Shown: piece after piece, positions 1 through 10,168 of the stretch
Position numbering within the stretch: the first letter of the stretch is position 1
Layout of the letters: each line of letters opens with the position of its first letter
DNA from: Candidatus Latescibacterota bacterium
GTDB taxonomy: Bacteria > Latescibacterota > UBA2968 > GCA-2709665
Assembly: GCA_965208835.1 (NCBI GenBank)
Contig: OZ242358.1
Coordinates: 2,016,001-2,080,000 of the forward strand
DNA length: 64,000 nt
Direction of reading: 5' to 3'
Notes under the pieces: model-generated
What the model saw: only the letters and a program-made list of their open reading frames with translations
Told to the model about the DNA's origin: nothing
Database searches by the model: none
Translations under genes and position numbers: made by a program

Positions 1-2266
1 TGTAACCGGCGCTGAGCTGCGTAACCCGCTGAGTGCCCCACCTGGCGCCGACACGTGGTGTCCGTCGTGAAGGTGTGAACGTAAATCCGCTGAAATCGTA
101 GAGAGATTCCGACGGGTCTGGCCGATCCGTCAGGTCAACGCCTTCGGTGAAAAAACGATGCCCATTGCCGTGGAACGTCCAGTCGTGATTGTGGCCGCCA
201 CTCACGCGGAAGACGTCGACAACGTAGCCGTTTTCGGGGTCACAGTCAATGAGGGCGACAGTGCGCTGGTAGCGGCAGGCCCCGGGCACTTTGCCGAGCT
301 CGTCTGCGTCCTCCTCGGCGGCATCGATCGCCTTGAAGCCGGGCAGATCTGCAAAAAACCGAAGGTCTCCCCGGAGGTTGTCCGTGCCCATTGGATCGCC
401 GTCCCGGGTGCGGATGGCGACGGTGTTGTGGGCGGGAAAGGTCTTGATCCAATCCACCGTCATAAAGTGAGTGGATCCCATGTAACCGAGGTCGGTTGCC
501 AGTTCGTGACCAATGGCGAAGAGCGTGAGGTTTAGTGGCGCCATATGGTAATGACCGACACGCTCGGTGTAGTCGAGTGAGAGCGTGCGGGTACGGTCGC
601 CCTGGCCGCTGCGCAGGATGGCCTTGCGGTTCTGGCCCAGCAGGTGGGATGGGAGGGGCATGGGGAGTTTCAGCGAGACGACAGGATCGCCCTCCGGATC
701 GATGTTCAGGTATTCGCGGTAGGCATCCGGGATACCGCCCCCGTGGGTCTCGGCCAGGGCGAGTGGCTCCATGGGCATGGCGGCCCTGATTACACAGTCT
801 TCCCAGGCGATGGGGCGGCCGTCGGGGAAGCCGGTCTTGAGGAACTGGCCAAGTCCGTGCTTGAAGACGGGCAGGGAAAGCATGTTGATCCCGTTGAGGA
901 TCCCGTCGTAATAGGGGGCATTCCTGTCAAATGCGCCCCGCTGGCCGTGAATGGCCTCCATCACGCTTGAAATACCCCAACTGGTGTATGAGGGAGAGCC
1001 TTCCTTGCCCAACCCGTCGCCGGTGAAGAAGTTATGCAGAAAGTAGAAGATGTCTCTGGCCACGTTTTCCATTAACCGGTCGTCGCCGACGATGCGCCCG
1101 AGTTGCAGCCTGGGCATCTGGGTAGAGGTCGAGAGATTGTCCGCGCCGGTGACGAGCGCATAGGGGTGCAGCGTATATTCCAGAATGCCGCGTTTGAGCA
1201 TTCCGCCGGAGGCCTGCAATTTCAGGGAATCGCCTTCGACGGACGTCAGGATACGCAGTGCGGCCGCTTTCAGGTCGGACTCGGCTTCGTCGAAGGATTC
1301 GGCAACCATGCTGTAACCGACCATGAGATCCTGCGCCAAACTGGCTTTCCAGTTCCACACGCCAGGGTAAATTGAAGCGCCTTTGGTGCCGTATCGGTCT
1401 CCCGGCGCGTTTAACGGGCGTTTCGGGTCGCCCTCAATATGATCGAATGGGGCGTAGAGGCGGTAGCCGGAGTAGGATTTCTCGGGAGTGCCGTTCTCGT
1501 AAAAATCGGCCAGACGTTCTTGCAGATCCGATTCGGAAATTTCCAGGAGTGAGGCAAGATAGGGGTCGCCCAGGAAGGCTCTGGAAAGTGTAACGAGGAG
1601 GACCCGGGCCTTGCGCGCATGTCGCCTCGCTGTTTGTTGGTCTGACTTGAGTCTCGCTGCATGGCAGGCTTCGCCCAGGCGATGTAGCACGTTGCCGGAA
1701 AGGGCGCGGAGAGCATTCATCCAGCAGAGGGCTTTGAAATAGAAGGCATTGGTGGGTTCGACATAGCCGTGGGCCTCGCCGTCCCAGTGTTCCCAGGTGA
1801 TGCCGTCGTGCGCCTTGCTCCAGGCTTCGTCGTGGTCCTCGCGCCACACTTCGTTGGTGGGAAAGCAGCCGTCTCCGTCGTCCGGGTACCGGGGGTTGGG
1901 ATAATAGGCGAACTGCCGGCCGTCTTTCCTGCAGTACGGACAATGAAGGCGCCATGGGTCGTCAAGGGACCAGTCGAAGGTGCTGTAGTACCGCACCCTG
2001 AAGGGATGGATGGGACAGGCGCAGGTATAGATGCCGCGCGGCTCCCGGTGCCAGGTGGTCTCCAGGAACCACGCATCGGGCTTTACCGACCACTTTTCCG
2101 CTTCGGCGAGAGACTCGTCCGCCCAGGCACGAACCTCCTCGTCTCCGGCCGCGTACCGGCGACGGATCTCGTCGACGGAAACGGGGCCAATCCAGATGTT
2201 GGGTCGATCGGGGAATGCGACCACGCGGTGGCCCTTGCCTTCAGGGGAAGTCCAGGATGCATTCAC
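1..2266 (-). CDS. Heparinase II/III-like (polysaccharide lyase-like) protein, 3' end beyond the window edge; start uncertain
   Basis: Absent from the ORF track because it has no stop in the window. Manual minus-strand translation is open from GTG 2266 (GGAGA upstream) to base 1. It contains GHYH...LFAIGHELATDLGY...W..TFPAHNTV and YQRTVALID...YVVDVFRVSGGHNHDWTFHG. The listed + ORFs here are antisense shadows. Confidence 0.7.
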   Translation of the reverse strand, partial: MNASWTSPEGKGHRVVAFPDRPNIWIGPVSVDEIRRRYAAGDEEVRAWADESLAEAEKWSVKPDAWFLETTWHREPRGIYTCACPIHPFRVRYYSTFDWSLDDPWRLHCPYCRKDGRQFAYYPNPRYPDDGDGCFPTNEVWREDHDEAWSKAHDGITWEHWDGEAHGYVEPTNAFYFKALCWMNALRALSGNVLHRLGEACHAARLKSDQQTARRHARKARVLLVTLSRAFLGDPYLASLLEISESDLQERLADFYENGTPEKSYSGYRLYAPFDHIEGDPKRPLNAPGDRYGTKGASIYPGVWNWKASLAQDLMVGYSMVAESFDEAESDLKAAALRILTSVEGDSLKLQASGGMLKRGILEYTLHPYALVTGADNLSTSTQMPRLQLGRIVGDDRLMENVARDIFYFLHNFFTGDGLGKEGSPSYTSWGISSVMEAIHGQRGAFDRNAPYYDGILNGINMLSLPVFKHGLGQFLKTGFPDGRPIAWEDCVIRAAMPMEPLALAETHGGGIPDAYREYLNIDPEGDPVVSLKLPMPLPSHLLGQNRKAILRSGQGDRTRTLSLDYTERVGHYHMAPLNLTLFAIGHELATDLGYMGSTHFMTVDWIKTFPAHNTVAIRTRDGDPMGTDNLRGDLRFFADLPGFKAIDAAEEDADELGKVPGACRYQRTVALIDCDPENGYVVDVFRVSGGHNHDWTFHGNGHRFFTEGVDLTDRPDPSESLYDFSGFTFTPSRRTPRVGARWGTQRVTQLSAGY

Positions 2267-2397
2267 GGACAGTCGATCTCCATTCAGATCCAGGAATAAC
2301 GAAGCGCAATCACACTGAACTGTCCCCCACCCAAGGGGCGAAGGGCGACTATTGGCTGATATTGGCGTATGGTTTCCGGAAAGAGAACGCGTCGTAC

Positions 2398-3687
2398 TCA
2401 GGCAGCTTCTTCTGCCGCGATTTCCGCGAGGCGCTCGCCGTGATTCGCCACTTTTGAAAAAGCCGCGGCAACCTGGTCCACCCACGTGGAACTGGGATCG
2501 ACGGGAGTGGACAGCCAGAAGCCTGAATCATGAATGCGTTCGCTGACCGGCAGATCGCCCCGGCTGTAGGGGATTCTCGTGTCAGAAGGAAGGTCGCCCC
2601 AGGGTCCGCCGAGGTCATCGAACGGGAAGTCGTTGAAAAGCGGCTCCAGGTGCATCACACCGTAGCCGAAGGGCGTAATTGCCGGCGTGGTTGCCACGCC
2701 CTCCGCCACGAGCGCTTTCAGGATGACGGATACCGGCGCGCCGATTTCCCTGGTATCGATGGTGCCGGTATACAGAAGGAGTCCGCCTCGCACCGCCTGC
2801 GGGTAGGTCTCCTGGGGATGTATGCCCTTGACGGTTTCCAGTTTGTTGTTCAGCCGCCCGAACCAGGCGCGCCTCTTTTCGTTCAGCCCGGGCAACCGTT
2901 CAAGCTGCGCGCGCGCCATGGCCACGCCCAGTGGATTCGCCCTGTACTTGATGCCCAGGCCCATGTTGCGGAGGTCCCGGAATCTGTCGGTGACATAAGC
3001 CTTTTCACATCTTCCATAGTGGCCCAGAGCCAACATTCTGTCGTAGAGGTCTTCGTCATCGGTCACGACCACGCCGGCTTCGATCCCGGTGACCGGCTTG
3101 CTCCCCTGAAGGCTGAAGCAGCCGACGTGACCGAGAGAGCCCACCGGTGCGCCGTTCCATAGGGCGCCGTGGGCGTGTGAAGCGTCTTCGATCAGCGTGA
3201 TATCTGTTCCTTCGACGAGTTCGCGGAAGGCGTCCATGTGTGCGGGATTGCCATAAACGTGGGTCACGATGATCGCACACGTATTCTCCGTGATCCGGCG
3301 CTCTGCGTCCGCTGGATCCGCGCAGAAGGTGCCGGGGTCGGCGTCGCAGAACACGGGCGTTGCGCCGCAGTGAAGGATGGGCGTGATGCTTGCGTGCCAC
3401 GTGACCGATGGCACGATGACCTCCTTGCCGATCCGGGCGCCCGATGCGAAGACTGCCGAGTGCAGGGCCGCCGTGCCGTTGCAGGTGGCAATGGCGAATC
3501 GTGAGCCTGTGAACGCGCGGAATTCCTCCTGAAAACCGTCGATCTGGGAGTAGGAATCGCCCAGACCGCCTTCAAGCACGTTCATTACGGATTGTTTCTC
3601 GAGGCCCGTGACGGTTTTCCAGCCGTCACTCTGAGGTTCGGTTACCGCCGGAGGGCCGCCGTCCAGAGCCAGGTCCGATATGGACAT
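2398..3687 (-). CDS. DegT/DnrJ/EryC1/StrS family PLP-dependent aminotransferase
   Basis: NGTAALH, IEDASHAHGA and GCFSLQGSKP (PLP lysine) motifs; ATG 3687 has an AAGGGGAG RBS. The ORF-track start at 3864 is probably overextended. Confidence 0.9.
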   Translation of the reverse strand: MSISDLALDGGPPAVTEPQSDGWKTVTGLEKQSVMNVLEGGLGDSYSQIDGFQEEFRAFTGSRFAIATCNGTAALHSAVFASGARIGKEVIVPSVTWHASITPILHCGATPVFCDADPGTFCADPADAERRITENTCAIIVTHVYGNPAHMDAFRELVEGTDITLIEDASHAHGALWNGAPVGSLGHVGCFSLQGSKPVTGIEAGVVVTDDEDLYDRMLALGHYGRCEKAYVTDRFRDLRNMGLGIKYRANPLGVAMARAQLERLPGLNEKRRAWFGRLNNKLETVKGIHPQETYPQAVRGGLLLYTGTIDTREIGAPVSVILKALVAEGVATTPAITPFGYGVMHLEPLFNDFPFDDLGGPWGDLPSDTRIPYSRGDLPVSERIHDSGFWLSTPVDPSSTWVDQVAAAFSKVANHGERLAEIAAEEAA

Positions 3688-3835
3688 ATCCAGTGTTCTC
3701 CCCTTATTAACGCCATGTGAATCGCTGCGGTACCACTGTGTACATCCCCGATAAAACCGGTGGGTATCTTGCGCCCGAAACAGGTATCTGAGCCGTGTCG
3801 TCGTGAAGTCGACGGCTGTTTTTCCAAGGTCATGC

Positions 3836-3916
3836 AAGATAGCAAACGGGATGGGAATTGTCAAAGCGGAAGCCGACCCGGCGAGGCTTGACAGCCGTAC
3901 CGGTGTACGTTATATA
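3836..3916. promoter_or_regulatory. Back-to-back divergent sigma70-type promoters
   Basis: Minus strand TTGACA(3864-3859)-17 nt-TATCTT(3841-3836). Plus strand TTGACA(3888-3893)-17 nt-TATATA. Confidence 0.55.
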
Positions 3917-3951
3917 TAGACGGTACGATTCATCTACGGGAGGCCGTTCTG

Positions 3952-4452
3952 ATGGTTCGATTCCGGCTTGTATTGAAGGCGGTCGTTATTCTGCTGGCTG
4001 GATCGGGCGTGGGCCTTGCTTACAACGCCCTGTCCGCCTCCGGAATTCCTCTTCAGACTCCTAAAAACGTGACGCAGGCCGAACATGTGAACTGGAGCCT
4101 GTACCTCGAGGGCGTCCGGGCAAGTCTTGCCGACGCGAAGGCGGCTTACGACTCGGGGTCCGTGCTCTTCCTGGACGCGCGCATGCCGCGCGCCTATGCG
4201 GCCGGACACATACCCGGTGCGGTGAACCTGACGCCTCACGAACTGAATCAGAAGGGCAGGAAGAAGCTCGAAGGTGTTCGGAGGGACGCGCATATCATCA
4301 CCTACTGTGGCGGAGCCAGCTGCCAGGCCAGTGTCAGGCTGGCGCACCTTCTGGCGAACGGCTTCGGGTTTACGCGCGTGCACGCTTTCTTCGACGGCTG
4401 GGGGGCATGGGCCGGAGCGGGATATCCGGTCGCGAAGGGAGTCGACCCATGA
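3952..4452 (+). CDS. Membrane-anchored or exported rhodanese-like domain protein
   Basis: Hydrophobic N-terminus; LDAR..AY..GHIPGAVNL, ITYCGGASC and FDGWGAW motifs. Confidence 0.85.
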   Translation: MVRFRLVLKAVVILLAGSGVGLAYNALSASGIPLQTPKNVTQAEHVNWSLYLEGVRASLADAKAAYDSGSVLFLDARMPRAYAAGHIPGAVNLTPHELNQKGRKKLEGVRRDAHIITYCGGASCQASVRLAHLLANGFGFTRVHAFFDGWGAWAGAGYPVAKGVDP

Positions 4453-4907
4453 GTCAGGTCTGGCGCGGCGTCCCCGTCGTCTTGCGCCTCGCGCTCGGCG
4501 GGGTGTTGATGTGGGCGGGACTGGCCAAGATTTCGGAGCCGGCGCTGTTTGCGATGACGGTTCGAGCATACAACGTGCTGCCAAATGCGTTTATTAACGG
4601 GTTCGCCGTGGTCGTGCCCTGGATGGAAGTCGTCGCCGGGACATGCCTGCTGGCGGGTCTCTGGTCCCGGAGCGCCGCGCTTGCCGCCCTCGCGCTGCTC
4701 TGGTCGTTCGGCGTCGCTCTCACGATTAATATCTACCGGGGCGCGAATCTCGACTGCGGCTGCTTCGGGCTGGACGGCACTCGCGGCTCGCTCAATACGG
4801 CGCTCGTGCAGGACCTGTTGCTGATCGCGTGTTCGCTGGTGTTGTTGTTTGTGCGCAATATGCCGCTGTCGCTGGATCGGTGTCTCTTCAAAACTGCCGA
4901 CCCGTAG
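4449..4907 (+). CDS. MauE/DoxX family redox-associated membrane protein
   Basis: LRLALGGVLMWAGLAKI, PWMEV and DCGCFG motifs; ATGA overlap with the rhodanese stop. Confidence 0.85.
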   Translation: MSQVWRGVPVVLRLALGGVLMWAGLAKISEPALFAMTVRAYNVLPNAFINGFAVVVPWMEVVAGTCLLAGLWSRSAALAALALLWSFGVALTINIYRGANLDCGCFGLDGTRGSLNTALVQDLLLIACSLVLLFVRNMPLSLDRCLFKTADP

Positions 4908-5019
4908 TTGCCCGGCTCGTCTCATTTCCATATTGTCTGTTCTGGCGTGTTCAGGTGCGGCGCCGTTTTGCTACGGTTCCGCTTTTCTGATTTAATAGAT
5001 AAAGGATCGTTCCGATCTG

Positions 5020-8000
5020 GTGGATTCGACTGTGAGATATCTTTGCATCGCGCTGGTACTCGCCTGCCTTTCAGGGGCGTGCGACACCCATGTCCCGGAG
5101 CCCGGAAGCGAGGCATACCGGCAGGCGGTCACCGATTTCTATACGGGCCTTGCGGCGCTCGACGTGGGCGCCCACGACAGAGCTGCCGCCGCGCTCAGCC
5201 GGTTGACAGAAAACATCCCCGGTGAACCCGCGGGGTGGGCGAATCTGGCCCTTTTGCAGTTTTCGCTGGGCCGGGAGGAAGAGGCGATCAGATCGGTGGA
5301 GCGCGCACAGGGACCCGCGCCGGAGAACGCGGAGCTCGCGCTCCTGATGGGGACATTCGAGAGCCGCCGCGGCCGCACGGACGAAGCGGTTTTTCACCTC
5401 CGGCGCGCGTTGAGCCTTGCCGGGGCCGGGCACCTCAAAGCGGGCTACGCGCTGGCGCGTGAGCTGGAACGGAAGGGAGATGCGGCGGGGGCGCTTGCCG
5501 TGGTGGAAAGTCTGCTCGTTGAGGCGCCAACGAATCTGGCGCTCCTTCTGGAGCGGATCCGGCTGGCGGCCAAGGCGCAGGATGCCGATGGGCTGAAGCT
5601 GTATGTTGCACGGGTGTCCCGCCGGACCGGCGGGTGGCCGGAAGCGGCGAGGGCTCAGTTGCAGGCGCTGGCGGATGCGGAAACGGACTTCAGGCTCGCC
5701 GCGAGGCACGCGGCATTCCTGAACAACGCGCTGTTGCGAACGCCGGTTTTCCGCAGAGACCTGAGTCTCGTGCGTCTGCCTGCCCAGGCGGCGGGAGAAC
5801 CACTGCGGCGATTCGTGAAGATGCGAAGTCCGTCCGCAGATCCGGCGCCGGCCGATGCGTCACTCACGTTTGTTTCGAAAACCCTCGACAGCTCCGCGGG
5901 CGGAACGATGCTTGGCATCGCCTGGGCGGATACGCCCGTCGTGCTGATGGCAACTGACGATTCCGTGCGCTGGCTGGATTCTTCGGGACGGACCGTCCCG
6001 ACGTCCAAACCCGGGGGTGTCGGCGTGCGCGGTCTGCTGTCGGCGGACTGGAACAATGACTTCGGAATGGATCTGGTTGTGGCAGGCGGCGGTGGTGTTC
6101 GTCTGTACCGGCAGGGCGACGGCGGGGCACTTCTGGATGTGACCGGCGTCTCCGGGCTCGATGCGGATGTGACCGGGGCAGCCTATACGGGCGTATGGCC
6201 TGCGGACATTGAGATGGATGGGGATCTCGACCTGGTACTCGGAGGTCCGGAAGCGTGCCTGGTTCTGCGCAACAATGGTGACGGTACGTTCGCCGTCGTT
6301 CGGCCTTTCGAGGGCGTGTCCGGCGCGCGGGCCTTCGAATGGACGGATCTCGATGACGACGGCGTTCCCGATGCGGCACTGGTCGACAGCCGGGGTCGGC
6401 TGGTTGTCTTTCTCAATAAGCGCAGCGGGTCGTTCGTGCGGTCGTACGAAGGCCGGTACGAGGCAAGCGCACTCGTGTCCGGTGACGTGGACGGCGATGG
6501 CAGCCTGAACCTGCTCATCCTGAACGGACGCGGCGGGGTTTCGTCGATCTCGCGCGGCGGCGGCCGCTGGGAAGTCAGAGAACTGGTCAGTACGAAGGCA
6601 TTCGAGACGCCGGCGCGTCTGTTTCTGGCCGATATCGACAATAACGGACAACTGGACCTGGTCGCCAGCGGCGAAGCGGAGGGCGCATGCTGGCTGGGCG
6701 ATGCGGAGGGTTCCTGGCGACGCAAAGTTCTGCCGAACGGCGTCAGGATCTTCGAAGTCCTGGACTTGACCGGAGACGGAAGCATCGATCTGCTGGGACT
6801 CTCTGAAGACGGGCGCCCGCGGATGGTCGTCAGCATGGGCAACCGTGAATACCACTGGCAGGTCGTGCGGCCGCGTGTACGGGCGGTCCGCGGGGACGGG
6901 CGGATCAACTCATACGCGCTGGGCGGGGAGGTGTTGGTGCGGTCCGGTCTTCTGGCGCAGCGCCGGCCGATCCGGACGCCCATGGTTCATTTCGGGCTGG
7001 GCGAAAACGATCTGGCGAATGTCGTGCGGGTACAGTGGCCTAACGGAACCATTCAGGCGGAGTTCGACGTGGCGGCCGACCAGACAATTCTGGCGCAGCA
7101 GCGTCTGAAAGGGTCCTGCCCCTGGGTGTTCGCCTTCAATGGCGAAGAAATGGCCTTCATTAAGGACTTTCTCTGGCGGTCGCCGCTGGGGATGCGGATC
7201 AACGCACAGGTGACGGCAGGGGTGTCCCAGACGGAGGACTGGATCCTGATCCGGGGAGACGAACTGGTATCGCGGGACGGGCTCTATGAAATACGCATCA
7301 CGTCCGAACTGTGGGAGACCCAGTTCGTGGACTGGGTTGAGCTGATGGTGGTCGACCATCCGCCGGACGTGGCAGTATTCGTGGACGAACGGTTTGCGAT
7401 GCAACAGCCGGATCTGAGAGTGATTCCAACGGGAACACCGTTGGCCCTGAACGCGGCGCGGGACGAAGAGGGGCGGGATGTTGCGGCAATGGTAAGCGCA
7501 AGAGACGCACGCTATCTCGATACGTTCGAAGTGGGACGATACCAGGGCGTCGCTGCCGATCACTGGGTTGAAGTCGATCTGCCGCAAGCCGCGAAAAACG
7601 GAGGAGGGTGGCTGATCGGCTACGGATGGATCTATCCGACGGACAGTTCGATCAACGTAGCGATGGGGCATGGCGCGGACGTAAGGCCCCGAGGGCTTCG
7701 CCTGGACGCGCTGCGCAGCGACGGCACATGGGAAACCGTGAAACCTGACCTGGGATTTCCCGCCGGGAAGTTCAAGACGATTGCGATCGATCTGGCGGGT
7801 GTGAAGTCCAGCCGCCTGCGCCTTCGGACGAACCTGGAGATCTACTGGGACTGGCTGGCGTGGGCTGAACGCGCAGACGGCGCGCAGCTGCAGACGCAAC
7901 GCGTCAGATCCCGGACCGCGGCACTGAGGGGGCGCGGGTTCTCGGAGATCTCGCATCCGGATCGGCGTTCCCCCGACGTCCCTCTGTATTCCGCGCCCGC

Positions 8001-8388
8001 GAACACCGCGCCCATGTGGTGGGACCTGAGGGGTTACCACACCCGCTTCGGAGACGTGCGCCCCCTGCTTGCGGTGGTAGACGACCGGTATGTGATCATG
8101 AACGCCGGAGATGAGCTCGTGTTGAGTTTTCCCGATCCCGGACCGCCGCCGGACGGCTGGGTGCGGGACTTCGTGCTGATGGGCGACGGCTGGGTGAAGG
8201 ACGGAGATTACAACACGGCGTTTTCCCGGACGGTACTGCCGCTGCCGTCGCACGCCTGGTCGGCGTACGAAACGCCGCCGGGCCGGCTGGAGGACGACCC
8301 CGTCTACCGGCGCAATCCGATGGACTGGCAGGAATACCACACACGGTACGTCACGCCGGAGATTTCCCGGATGCACGCCGGCAGGTAG
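5020..8388 (+). CDS. Lipoprotein with TPR, FG-GAP/VCBS repeats, ASPIC/UnbV domain and C-terminal extension
   Basis: Lipobox-like LSGAC; TPR-like N-terminus; repeated D-x-D/N-x-D-G-x-x-D motifs; VHFGLG...VQWPNG and GSCP motifs. Confidence 0.8.
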   Translation: MDSTVRYLCIALVLACLSGACDTHVPEPGSEAYRQAVTDFYTGLAALDVGAHDRAAAALSRLTENIPGEPAGWANLALLQFSLGREEEAIRSVERAQGPAPENAELALLMGTFESRRGRTDEAVFHLRRALSLAGAGHLKAGYALARELERKGDAAGALAVVESLLVEAPTNLALLLERIRLAAKAQDADGLKLYVARVSRRTGGWPEAARAQLQALADAETDFRLAARHAAFLNNALLRTPVFRRDLSLVRLPAQAAGEPLRRFVKMRSPSADPAPADASLTFVSKTLDSSAGGTMLGIAWADTPVVLMATDDSVRWLDSSGRTVPTSKPGGVGVRGLLSADWNNDFGMDLVVAGGGGVRLYRQGDGGALLDVTGVSGLDADVTGAAYTGVWPADIEMDGDLDLVLGGPEACLVLRNNGDGTFAVVRPFEGVSGARAFEWTDLDDDGVPDAALVDSRGRLVVFLNKRSGSFVRSYEGRYEASALVSGDVDGDGSLNLLILNGRGGVSSISRGGGRWEVRELVSTKAFETPARLFLADIDNNGQLDLVASGEAEGACWLGDAEGSWRRKVLPNGVRIFEVLDLTGDGSIDLLGLSEDGRPRMVVSMGNREYHWQVVRPRVRAVRGDGRINSYALGGEVLVRSGLLAQRRPIRTPMVHFGLGENDLANVVRVQWPNGTIQAEFDVAADQTILAQQRLKGSCPWVFAFNGEEMAFIKDFLWRSPLGMRINAQVTAGVSQTEDWILIRGDELVSRDGLYEIRITSELWETQFVDWVELMVVDHPPDVAVFVDERFAMQQPDLRVIPTGTPLALNAARDEEGRDVAAMVSARDARYLDTFEVGRYQGVAADHWVEVDLPQAAKNGGGWLIGYGWIYPTDSSINVAMGHGADVRPRGLRLDALRSDGTWETVKPDLGFPAGKFKTIAIDLAGVKSSRLRLRTNLEIYWDWLAWAERADGAQLQTQRVRSRTAALRGRGFSEISHPDRRSPDVPLYSAPANTAPMWWDLRGYHTRFGDVRPLLAVVDDRYVIMNAGDELVLSFPDPGPPPDGWVRDFVLMGDGWVKDGDYNTAFSRTVLPLPSHAWSAYETPPGRLEDDPVYRRNPMDWQEYHTRYVTPEISRMHAGR

Positions 8389-8402
8389 CCATCGAGTGTT
8401 CC

Positions 8403-10163
8403 ATGTCACGTCGAACGGTCCAGGGCATCATGTTCGCTGTCTTCGCGCTGCTGCTGGCGGTTCCCGTCGTCCGCAGATACGGTCCGTGGCCCGCGCGGGA
8501 AGAAGCGGCACATTACGGATTTGCGCTCCAGGAAGTCGCGGGCGCAAGCGGCGTCGATTTCGTACACCGCGGACCCACGCTGGACGCAAAGTTGGAACAC
8601 ATAATGCCGCACGTCGCCGCTATGGGCGCGGCAGTGTCCGTGGCGGATTTCGACCGCGACGGCTGGCAGGATCTTTACGTCACCAACAGCGGCGAGGGTT
8701 CCGCGAACCGGCTGTACCGCAATCTCGGCGACGGACAGTTCGAAGACGTGGCCCGAGGGATGGGCGTGGCGGATTTGAATCAACCGGGTACCGGGGTTTC
8801 CGTCGGCGCGGTATGGGGGGACTACGACAACGACGGTTTCGAGGACCTCTTCGTGTACAAATGGGGTCGGCCGGAGTTGTTTCGCAACAATGCCGGACAG
8901 GGGTTTGCGCGAGTGACAGGTGAGGCGGGGTTGCCCGGCTGGGTCAACGCCGGCAGCGCCGTCTGGCTGGATTACGATTGCGACGGGCGTCTGGACCTGT
9001 TCATCGCCGGATACTGGCCCGATGGGCTTGATCTGTGGCATCTGGAATCCACCCGCATGATGCCGGAGAGTTTCGAATATGCCGAAAACGGCGGCCGGAA
9101 GTACCTGTTGCGCAATCGGGGCGACGGGAGTTTCGAGGACGTTGCGGATCGTCTGGGTATTCGAAGCCGCCGCTGGACTCTTGCCGTGGCCGCAGGCGAC
9201 CTGAACCGCTCCGGTTACCCGGACCTGTTCCTGTCGAACGACTATGGCGTGTCGGAGCTCTACCAGAACCATGGCGGCAAGGCCTTCGAGGAGGTCGGTC
9301 GCCGGGCGGGCGTCGGGTACCAGCCGAAGAGCGGAATGAACGCGGTATTCGGCGACGTGCTGAATCAGGGCCGGCTGGCGATTTACGAGACCAATATCTC
9401 TGAAGCGGGGATTCTGCTTCAGGGTAACAACCTCTGGGTCGCCCGGCAGAGCGATGACCTGGCGTTCGAAAACCTCGCGCAGGTGATGGGCGTGGAACTG
9501 GGCGACTGGAGTTTCGGCGCGCAATTCGGAGATCTCAATAACGACGGAAGGCTGGATCTGTATCTGACCAACGGCTACGTATCCGGCTCGGAGTCGGAGA
9601 GCTATTGGTACGATTTTTCCCAGGTTGCCGGCGGACACAGGGCGGTCATTTCAGACGCGAAGAACTGGCCAGCGATGAAGGGCCGCAGCCTCGCGGGCTA
9701 CCAGAGAGCGCGTGTATGGGTGAACGACGGAATGGGCCGGTTTGAAGACGCGGCTACGGCCGTCGGCGTGGACGACAGATATGATGGCCGCGCGGTGGCG
9801 CTCGTGGATCTCTGGAACCGTGGTGTACTGGACGTGGTGGTGGCCAACCAGCGCGGTCCGCTGTTGATATACAGAAACACCGTGAATTCCGATCGACAGT
9901 GGATCGGTTTCGAACTGGCGGGCGGGACGAGCAATCGAAGCGCGATCGGGGCGCAGGTGAGGCTGTTCTGGAACGGTCAGGAGCAGATGCAGGAAGTGTC
10001 GGGAGGCAGCGGTTTTTCGTCGCAGAACCAGCGGCGGCTGCACTTCGGGTTGGGCGTCCATCCGAAGCTGGAAAAGGCGGTTGTCACGTGGCCGTCGGGC
10101 CGGCGCAGAATTATGGAAAACCCGGTGTTAAACGTCTACCACCGCGTCGAGGAACCGCAATAA
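8403..10163 (+). CDS. CRTAC1/ASPIC-UnbV family protein (FG-GAP repeats)
   Basis: DFDRDGWQDLYVTN, DYDNDGFEDL, SNRSAIGAQV and RLHFGLG...VTWPSG motifs; N-terminal TM or signal segment. Confidence 0.85.
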   Translation: MSRRTVQGIMFAVFALLLAVPVVRRYGPWPAREEAAHYGFALQEVAGASGVDFVHRGPTLDAKLEHIMPHVAAMGAAVSVADFDRDGWQDLYVTNSGEGSANRLYRNLGDGQFEDVARGMGVADLNQPGTGVSVGAVWGDYDNDGFEDLFVYKWGRPELFRNNAGQGFARVTGEAGLPGWVNAGSAVWLDYDCDGRLDLFIAGYWPDGLDLWHLESTRMMPESFEYAENGGRKYLLRNRGDGSFEDVADRLGIRSRRWTLAVAAGDLNRSGYPDLFLSNDYGVSELYQNHGGKAFEEVGRRAGVGYQPKSGMNAVFGDVLNQGRLAIYETNISEAGILLQGNNLWVARQSDDLAFENLAQVMGVELGDWSFGAQFGDLNNDGRLDLYLTNGYVSGSESESYWYDFSQVAGGHRAVISDAKNWPAMKGRSLAGYQRARVWVNDGMGRFEDAATAVGVDDRYDGRAVALVDLWNRGVLDVVVANQRGPLLIYRNTVNSDRQWIGFELAGGTSNRSAIGAQVRLFWNGQEQMQEVSGGSGFSSQNQRRLHFGLGVHPKLEKAVVTWPSGRRRIMENPVLNVYHRVEEPQ

Positions 10164-10168
10164 TTCGG

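Noticed and set aside
158-2318. Many short + and - ORFs
   Set aside because: Antisense or off-frame shadows of the long minus-strand gene at 1-2266.
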